Of a stretch of 64,000 bases of DNA, positions 57,354-64,000 are shown in pieces; position 1 is the stretch's first letter; each line of letters starts with the position of its first letter. A program made the position numbers and the translations under genes. The notes beneath the pieces are model-generated. The model had not been told where the DNA came from. It made no database searches and worked only from the letters and a program-made list of their open reading frames with translations. The stretch covers positions 167,995 through 231,994 of the forward strand of contig JAGPFQ010000001.1 of assembly GCA_018056375.1 (NCBI GenBank). The letters run 5' to 3'. Source of the DNA: Candidatus Dojkabacteria bacterium. Its GTDB lineage: Bacteria > Patescibacteriota > Dojkabacteria > SC72.

Positions 57354-58605
57354 TAGAGTTAATTATACTAACAATATTTTTAGCAATATCTTCTGTTACC
57401 TCTATATTTGTTGGTAGGTTAATAATATTTCTACAACAAAATTCTGCTTCTGTACAGTTTCCTTTTTCGTATCCTACAGTATGTAGGTTTTCTGTGCTAA
57501 TTGGAAATACTGGTGTTGTATACCATCTACCTGATATGACTTTAATTTTTCTTAGTTCTTCTCGTACCTGCTCTGGGTTTTGTAAGAGAATAGGATATCT
57601 TAATAGAACTGATGGCTCTTCTATTTCTTCAGTATCGAACTTAAAACTCTCCTTCAGTCCTTCTGTATATATCTTTGAAATATTTCTCCTATGATTATTA
57701 AATTCTTCTATTCTTTCTAATTGTTTATCTAATAACTTAGCTTGCACATCACTTAGTTTGTAGATTCCTTCAAACTCTATACTATTACTTGAAGCTTGTC
57801 TTTTAATTAATCCTGCCAATTTATACATCACAAAAAGTAACTTCCCAATACTAAATTTTAACAATGGAATATCTACAGTAAAGTAATATCTCTTTATTTT
57901 ATCCCAAAGAGTAATGTATTTAGCATTGTAAAGAGCATCTTTTTCTGACATTTCATCAACCTCTTTATATTTCTCTACCAAATTATGCTTTAATTTGTAC
58001 GATCTATTCATTACTAACAAAGCTCCTTGTGTACAGCTAATTGCCTTGTCTTGTGCAAAACTAAAGAGGAGAGCGTCTGAATACTCACCTAAATCTTTAT
58101 CTTTAGTATTAAAAAGATGAGCACAATCTTCAAGCAGAAAGATTTGATTACTTTCTTCTCTGTTCCTGTTTTCTTCATCTACAATTTTTCTAATTTCCTG
58201 TATATCGACAAGGTTTCCAAATGTGTGTTGTATAATAACAACTTTTGTTTTAGATGTAATCGCTTCTTTAAGTTTTCCAAAATTAGTATTGAATGTCTTT
58301 CTGTTTACATCAACAAATACAGGTTTTGCTTTACTCCAAAGTATTGGTGCAACTACAGCTATACATGTAAATGCTTGTAAAATTACTTCATCATCTTTCT
58401 GTAATGGAATATTTTGAAAAAGAAAATGCATTGCTTCTCTTCCTCTGTTAAAAAGAAAAATATCTTTTTTAGGAAACATATCCTGAAATTTTCTTTCTAG
58501 AATATGTCGTGCACTTGTTGTGCAAATCTTACCATTAAGAATACCTTTAGCTAGCTTGATATCTTCGTTTGTAGTATTGGGTATTGAACCGATAAATACT
58601 CCCAT
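57337..58605 (-). CDS. DegT/DnrJ/EryC1-family PLP-dependent aminotransferase-like protein
   Basis: SFAQDKAIS putative PLP-Lys region; family-typical C-terminal domain. Confidence 0.55.
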   Translation of the reverse strand: MGVFIGSIPNTTNEDIKLAKGILNGKICTTSARHILERKFQDMFPKKDIFLFNRGREAMHFLFQNIPLQKDDEVILQAFTCIAVVAPILWSKAKPVFVDVNRKTFNTNFGKLKEAITSKTKVVIIQHTFGNLVDIQEIRKIVDEENRNREESNQIFLLEDCAHLFNTKDKDLGEYSDALLFSFAQDKAISCTQGALLVMNRSYKLKHNLVEKYKEVDEMSEKDALYNAKYITLWDKIKRYYFTVDIPLLKFSIGKLLFVMYKLAGLIKRQASSNSIEFEGIYKLSDVQAKLLDKQLERIEEFNNHRRNISKIYTEGLKESFKFDTEEIEEPSVLLRYPILLQNPEQVREELRKIKVISGRWYTTPVFPISTENLHTVGYEKGNCTEAEFCCRNIINLPTNIEVTEDIAKNIVSIINSIGKEI

Positions 58606-60449
58606 TAGTATGTCCTTTCAAAGTGTGAATCTATCTCACTTAATGTAAGTTTCCATACAGCAGGTCTTCCATGAGGACAACTGTATGGGTTTTTACAACT
58701 CTTCAAACTTCTAAAGAGGTTTAACATCTCTTCATATGCTAATTTTTGCCCAGATCTAATACTTCCATGACAAGCAATTGTTGCCAGTAAATCCTCTTTT
58801 CTTTTTTTGTAGTTCTTTTTAAGAAGTTCAATATTATCTTCAAGCTCAAATATATCTAAAAATATTTTTTCAAAATTAGATTCTGCATATTCAGCAGGAA
58901 CTGTTTGTATATTAATTGAATCTTTTTCAACCGAATACACAAAACCTAGGTCATTAAAGAAATCTTTTGATTCTTCAAGAAAAAGCAACTGGTTAGATGA
59001 GAACTTGATATTGGTAGGAACAAGAAGATTCTGTAATGTCTTTTTGTTTTCCTCTCTATTTAACAATCTCTCAAAGTTTATTCTTTCTGCAGCTGCATGT
59101 TGATCAATTATCCAAAGTTTTTCATCGGTAAATTCAATTACAATATATTTATTAAAAATTTGGAATATGGATCGAATATCACCATCCTGTTGTTCTTGAT
59201 TTTCTTCTACTGGCTCTATTTCTTTAAACAGTTCTTTAGAAAACATAATGCTATCCTGTACTGATGTTGGTTTGTTTTGTGAATACAAGGATTGTTGCTG
59301 ATATTGTTTGACGCCCTCAGATGCCCTAGGAAGCGAAGTTTGAGGTACTTGGGTGTTGTAGGTCTCCCTTATCGATTTAAAATCAATATCACTGCCAATC
59401 TGCCCTGCTCCTTTACTTTCTTCATTTCTGTAAGAAAGATTCTTTTCTAAAACATGCCTAACTGCTTCCTCCACTGCTGAATATATTCTAAATGGATTCT
59501 CAAACCTAACTTCTTCTTTTCTTGGGTGAACATTGACATCAACAAGTTCTGGATTAATGTTTATATTAATCACAAAATCAATTCTCTGTCCAAAAGGTAA
59601 ATATCTAGAGTAACCTTCCATAATTGCTCTAATAATACCTCTATCTGTAATTGGTCGATTATTAACAAAGATATATTGATTGGTCGCTTTCTTTTTAAAC
59701 TTAGATGGGTGAGAAACAAAACCTGATATTCTTGTACCAGAACCTTCATATCTTAATTTCAACATATCATCACTAAAATCTTTGCCAAGAACCTCTCTTA
59801 CTCTTTCTTCATGCAGTTCTCCTGCTTTGCTATTTGTTATAGCATGAAGTTCTGTGACTGTTTTACCATCTTTTTCTAAGGTAAAAGATATATTTGGATA
59901 GATTAGAAAATACCTATTTAACATTTCGAATATCTTTCTGTATTCAGTATTGGCTGTTTTAAGATACTTAGCCCTAGCCGGAATATTGTAGAAAAGTTTT
60001 TCAACTTTAATGGTAGTTCCTTTTTCTTTTGCTATTGTTGATATCTCTGAAGCTCCTTTTTCATTAAAAAATATTGCATTTGCTCTCTCTTCCCCTTCAT
60101 ATTTAGACTCGGTTCTTACCTTTGCTACAGAAGTAATTGTAGAGAGAGCTTCACCTCTAAAACCCATACTAAGTAGTGTGTTTAAATCTTCAATACTATT
60201 AAGCTTTGATGTTGTATGTGATTGAAAAATTAAAGGAAGATTCTCTTTTGGAATACCAATACCATCATCAGAAACTTCTATTAGATCTATTCCTCCATTT
60301 TTTACTTTTACTGTAATCTTACTTGCCTTTGCATCAATAGAGTTATCTACTAATTCTTTAACCACAGATGCTGGCCTCTCTATTACCTCTCCTGCTGCAA
60401 TCTGTCTAACAACTTCATCTGATAATTTGTTTAGTTTTACACCTTTCAT
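58605..60449 (-). CDS. mutL: DNA mismatch repair protein MutL
   Basis: GHKL ATPase motifs (ELVDNSIDA, DDGIGI), C-terminal dimerisation domain. Confidence 0.9.
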   Translation of the reverse strand: MKGVKLNKLSDEVVRQIAAGEVIERPASVVKELVDNSIDAKASKITVKVKNGGIDLIEVSDDGIGIPKENLPLIFQSHTTSKLNSIEDLNTLLSMGFRGEALSTITSVAKVRTESKYEGEERANAIFFNEKGASEISTIAKEKGTTIKVEKLFYNIPARAKYLKTANTEYRKIFEMLNRYFLIYPNISFTLEKDGKTVTELHAITNSKAGELHEERVREVLGKDFSDDMLKLRYEGSGTRISGFVSHPSKFKKKATNQYIFVNNRPITDRGIIRAIMEGYSRYLPFGQRIDFVINININPELVDVNVHPRKEEVRFENPFRIYSAVEEAVRHVLEKNLSYRNEESKGAGQIGSDIDFKSIRETYNTQVPQTSLPRASEGVKQYQQQSLYSQNKPTSVQDSIMFSKELFKEIEPVEENQEQQDGDIRSIFQIFNKYIVIEFTDEKLWIIDQHAAAERINFERLLNREENKKTLQNLLVPTNIKFSSNQLLFLEESKDFFNDLGFVYSVEKDSINIQTVPAEYAESNFEKIFLDIFELEDNIELLKKNYKKRKEDLLATIACHGSIRSGQKLAYEEMLNLFRSLKSCKNPYSCPHGRPAVWKLTLSEIDSHFERTY

Positions 60450-60490
60450 ATCTACATTCTAACATATTAGGATATCTGCTAAAATATAGT

Positions 60491-62458
60491 ATGGAAAAGT
60501 TTAATCTAGTAGCAAAATACAAAGTTTCAGAAGACCAAAAGAAGGCTGTAGACCAAATAGTAGAGAGGTTTAGAGAAAAGAAAAAAGGTAACAAACAAAC
60601 ACTATTAGGAGTTACTGGTTCTGGAAAAACTTTTGTGATGGCTAATATTATCAATGAGCTTAACAAACCTACTTTAGTACTATCACACAACAAAACTCTT
60701 GCAGCACAACTTTATGAAGAATTTAAGGAATTCTTTCCAGAGAACTCTGTTAGGTATTTTGTTTCATACTATGATTACTATCAACCAGAAGCATATATTC
60801 CAGCAAAAGACCTCTACATCGAGAAAGAATCTCAAACCAACAAAGAGATAGAGAACTTAAGGTTTGCAGCTATGAATTCAGCGTTAACAAGAAAGGATAC
60901 TGTTGTGGTTGCAAGTGTATCTTGTATTTACAATATTGGACAACCTGAGAACTATGAGAACAGGGCTATCTCCTTCTTCTTAGGACAGAAGGTTGAGTTA
61001 TCAGAGATTGCTTTGGAATTAGTTGAGATGAGGTATGAGAGGGATACATATTCATTTACAAATGGTGTTTTTAGAATTACAGGTGATATTATCGAAATCT
61101 TTCCTCCCTATGAAGATATCTCTGTTAGAATAGAACTCTTTGGGAATACCGTTGAGAGAATTACAAAGGTTAATCCAATATCAAAACATGTTCTAAGTGA
61201 AGAAAAAGAAATTATCATATTCCCTGCTACATCATTAGTTTTTCCTAAAGAAGTTATCAATGATGCAATATTAAAAATACAGAAAGATTTAGAACAGAGG
61301 ACAGCTTTTTTAAGGAATATTGGAAAAGAGTTGGAGGCATATAGATTGGAACAGAAAACAAATTATGACATTGAAATGTTACAAGAAGTTGGATACTGCA
61401 AGAGTATGGAGAACTACAGTATATATTTTGATGGTAGAAAACCAGGTCAACCACCCTATACTCTTTTAGATTACTTTCCTGAAGATTATCTTCTTTTCAT
61501 TGACGAGTCTCATATTACTATTCCTCAAGTTGGAGGTATGTACAATGGTGATAAGGCAAGAAAAGACAACCTTATCGAATATGGTTTTAGATTGCCAACA
61601 GCTAGAGATAATAGACCGTTAAATTTTGAAGAGTTTAGGAAAAAACAAGGTGATACACTCTACATTTCAGCAACTCCTGCTGATTGGGAGATGCAAGATA
61701 GCAATATGCAGATTACAGAGCTTCTAACGAGACCTACAGGGCTTCTAGATCCCCTTGTTGTTGTTAAACCTACAGAGAACCAAATAGATGATGTTATAGC
61801 TGAGATAAAGGAGTGTGTTAAGAAAAAGCAGAGGGTGTTGATAACAACACTAACTAAGAGGTTTGCAGAAGATTTAACAACATATCTAAAAGATATTGAT
61901 ATTAAAGTACAATATATACATTCAGACATTGAAACAATTGAAAGAGTTGATATCTTGAGGGATTTGAGATTGGGAGAATATGATGTTGTAGTAGGTATTA
62001 ATCTATTAAGAGAAGGTATTGATCTACCTGAAGTATCCTTAGTAATCATATTAGATGCAGATAAGGAAGGATTCTTGAGGTCTAAAACTAGTCTTGTACA
62101 AACAATCGGAAGAGCTGCAAGACATGTTGATGGTAAAGTAATTATGTATGCAGATGAGATAACAGAAAGCATGAAATATGCTATCGATGAGACAAAGAGA
62201 AGAAGAAAATATCAGGAAGAATACAACAAAAAATACAATATTACACCTAAAAGCATTGTAAAAGAGATAAGAGGGAGATTGGTAGAGAAAGAAGAAGATA
62301 CAGATGTAGATTTAGATATAGAGAGAATGGATATTAAACAGAAGAAGATGTTAATTAAAGAATTAAATGAAAGAATGTTGATTGCTTCTGACCTACTACA
62401 GTTTGAGAAAGCTGCAGAGCTGAGGGATAGGATAAGAGATATAAATTTAAGTATCTGA
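60491..62458 (+). CDS. uvrB: excinuclease ABC subunit B
   Basis: GVTGSGKT Walker A, helicase motifs, C-terminal UVR domain. Confidence 0.95.
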   Translation: MEKFNLVAKYKVSEDQKKAVDQIVERFREKKKGNKQTLLGVTGSGKTFVMANIINELNKPTLVLSHNKTLAAQLYEEFKEFFPENSVRYFVSYYDYYQPEAYIPAKDLYIEKESQTNKEIENLRFAAMNSALTRKDTVVVASVSCIYNIGQPENYENRAISFFLGQKVELSEIALELVEMRYERDTYSFTNGVFRITGDIIEIFPPYEDISVRIELFGNTVERITKVNPISKHVLSEEKEIIIFPATSLVFPKEVINDAILKIQKDLEQRTAFLRNIGKELEAYRLEQKTNYDIEMLQEVGYCKSMENYSIYFDGRKPGQPPYTLLDYFPEDYLLFIDESHITIPQVGGMYNGDKARKDNLIEYGFRLPTARDNRPLNFEEFRKKQGDTLYISATPADWEMQDSNMQITELLTRPTGLLDPLVVVKPTENQIDDVIAEIKECVKKKQRVLITTLTKRFAEDLTTYLKDIDIKVQYIHSDIETIERVDILRDLRLGEYDVVVGINLLREGIDLPEVSLVIILDADKEGFLRSKTSLVQTIGRAARHVDGKVIMYADEITESMKYAIDETKRRRKYQEEYNKKYNITPKSIVKEIRGRLVEKEEDTDVDLDIERMDIKQKKMLIKELNERMLIASDLLQFEKAAELRDRIRDINLSI

Positions 62459-62461
62459 AGT

Positions 62462-63214
62462 ATGAGAATAAAATATTTAAAAAATGAAAAGTATCCCAAA
62501 GCCCAAGAATTCAACCTCTTTATTGAAAGAGTGTTTCCACAATTGCTAGAAGAGAAAAAACCAGAGCTTTATCTAGTAGCTGGTGGTGATGGTAGTATGT
62601 TACATAGTATCCAAGCTAACATTGACTCTAAAATTCCTTTTTTCGGTAAAGCGTACGGAACAGTTAATTTCTTGTTGAATGAATTTAAAAACGATCAAGA
62701 GACTATCCAAAACATTCTTGATGATAAAATAAAACTCGATATTTTTGAAACATATGCTATTAGTGCATACTTAGATGGGAAAAAATTAGGAGAAGCTGTA
62801 AACGATGTTATACTTGGGGATGAGATTATGAGCAATCACTATTTTACTTTATCTACAAAGAGTGGTGATTTCCTAAACTTTGAGTTTAGAGGTTCTGGAC
62901 TCTGTATTAGTACTCCTATCGGTTCTACTGCTTTTAATTATAATAACAATGGAAGAATACTACCTCTAGATTCAGACCTCTTATCTATAACTGGTGTTGT
63001 TTGTAATAAACAGATTAATGATATCATTCATTTTGAAAAGGTTTCTATTAAGAGTAACGGTGTTAGGGTCTATCTTACAAATGTAAAATCTAAAATACTA
63101 AAAGAAGGATCTGAATTAATCCTAAAGAAAGGTTCTAAAATTAGAATAGCATTTTTAAACAAAAAAGATTTTTTACAGAAGAGAATTGAATTGGGACATA
63201 GATTTAGAAAGTAG
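62462..63214 (+). CDS. nadK: NAD kinase
   Basis: GGDGS motif, NAD-kinase fold. Confidence 0.8.
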   Translation: MRIKYLKNEKYPKAQEFNLFIERVFPQLLEEKKPELYLVAGGDGSMLHSIQANIDSKIPFFGKAYGTVNFLLNEFKNDQETIQNILDDKIKLDIFETYAISAYLDGKKLGEAVNDVILGDEIMSNHYFTLSTKSGDFLNFEFRGSGLCISTPIGSTAFNYNNNGRILPLDSDLLSITGVVCNKQINDIIHFEKVSIKSNGVRVYLTNVKSKILKEGSELILKKGSKIRIAFLNKKDFLQKRIELGHRFRK

Positions 63215-63247
63215 TTTCTAATTATTTAAAATTAATATATCTATATT

Positions 63248-63514
63248 ATGCAAAGAGGAGTATTACAACTAACTAGAGAAGAAGTTTTAGCATTGGATAC
63301 TGCTTTTGATTGGCAGAACAATAGTGGAAGTATATTTGCACCAAAACTTCAGTATGCAAAAGAAAACTTGTTAGATATAAATGAACTTTTTGTTTCAGAA
63401 GAAGATTTAGAATTATTACTGGATAGTATTGCACCTGTTGACCCTAATAATATTCCTTTAAGTAGTACTTTTGAAAAAATAGGTTTGCTTTTACGACAGT
63501 TCAGAGGAGCATAA
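63248..63514 (+). CDS. hypothetical small acidic protein
   Basis: 88-aa ORF, no recognisable domain. Confidence 0.35.
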   Translation: MQRGVLQLTREEVLALDTAFDWQNNSGSIFAPKLQYAKENLLDINELFVSEEDLELLLDSIAPVDPNNIPLSSTFEKIGLLLRQFRGA

Positions 63515-63517
63515 ACA

Positions 63518-63591
63518 TGGTTGCGGGACATGGATTCGAACCATGATTCTCGGCTTCAAAGACCGGCATCCTACCATTAGATGATCCCGCA
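63518..63591 (-). tRNA. tRNA-Gln (TTG)
   Basis: reverse-complement cloverleaf with U1:A72 (as in E. coli tRNA-Gln), anticodon loop CTTTGAA, perfect T-arm CATGG-TTCGAAT-CCATG, CCA encoded. Confidence 0.8.
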
Positions 63592-63713
63592 ATTTCGAGT
63601 AGATTATACAATATATACCTGTTTAAAAGAAATGTTATACTATTTCAACCAATATGTGTATTAGAAGAAAGAAAAGCAAGGATAATAGAGAGTTTAGAAC
63701 AAAAGGTGTTTAC

Positions 63714-64000
63714 ATGCCTCAAAGAAAACCTCAAAATCCAAAAATTCAAAGAAGAAGAAAAGGATTATTCTTTACTAAATCCTCAAAAGGTATTAAAAGA
63801 AAGAAGAGAATAGATAGTAGTAAACTAAAAGCGGGTATACTTATATTCTTCTCTGTTCTACTTGTTGGTGCACTACTCTTTTCACTGGTCTTTTTTGTAA
63901 ATAGAATGCGTCAAGGTAAAAAGGTTCAAAGTAGTGGAGATGTTATAGGGATGAAAGATATTCCAGCTTATCCTGGAGCAGACTTTGTTTTTAAGAATGA
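63714..64000 (+). CDS. partial ORF (5' part) of a membrane protein with a basic N-terminus and one TM; runs off the window
   Basis: ATG at 63714 with no stop codon before the window end; Lys/Arg-rich start followed by a hydrophobic segment. Confidence 0.3.
   Translation, partial: MPQRKPQNPKIQRRRKGLFFTKSSKGIKRKKRIDSSKLKAGILIFFSVLLVGALLFSLVFFVNRMRQGKKVQSSGDVIGMKDIPAYPGADFVFKN

Noticed and set aside
1-64000. Alternative genetic code (e.g. code 25, UGA=Gly, as in some CPR lineages)
   Set aside because: Long uninterrupted ORFs with conserved motifs are obtained under the standard code, and TGA is used as a stop (e.g. at 49872-49874), so there is no evidence of recoding.
1-64000. CRISPR arrays, integrases or transposases
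   Set aside because: No regularly spaced direct repeats and no integrase- or transposase-like ORFs were seen. The only repeats are the palindromic elements A and B, the 28-bp duplication and the Gly trinucleotide tract.

Overview
This is a 64 kb AT-rich bacterial window in the standard genetic code. The anaerobic gene content and the many large secreted proteins suggest an uncultivated, low-GC fermentative bacterium of candidate-phyla-radiation (CPR, episymbiont-like) type; this is an inference.

Housekeeping core: typA, murB, alr, glmS with its upstream glmS ribozyme, map, trxB, nrdR-nrdD-nrdG, lexA, mutL, uvrB, nadK, a fused ADP-forming acetyl-CoA synthetase, a two-subunit 2-oxoacid:ferredoxin oxidoreductase, superoxide reductase, and tRNA-His, tRNA-Pro and tRNA-Gln.

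Accessory content:
- A 1940-aa Cna-B-repeat surface protein (2824..8646) with an internal LPVTG sorting signal. The reading frame then continues into a second secreted module that ends in a degenerate IKETG sorting signal. A sortase gene (8621..9289) overlaps the end of this ORF.
- A type II restriction-modification pair (18788..20760) whose C5-methyltransferase is fused to a helix-turn-helix domain.
- A Panacea-domain antitoxin with an unknown toxin (22433..23450) beside tRNA-His.
- A four-gene operon of large secreted proteins (32493..39578), including a 1061-aa protein whose N-terminus is extremely cysteine-rich.
- A split OLD-family-like ATPase + TOPRIM pair (42091..43753, AbiL/PARIS-like) embedded in a cluster of NYN RNase, RecD/Dda-like helicase, a sigma-like mini-protein, a uracil-DNA-glycosylase fusion and a basic hypothetical protein.
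- Two related ~200-bp palindrome-bounded intergenic repeat elements (559..739 and 49672..49878), each lying between convergent gene ends.

No CRISPR array, integrase or transposase was recognised. All functional calls rest on motif recognition by eye; no searches were run.
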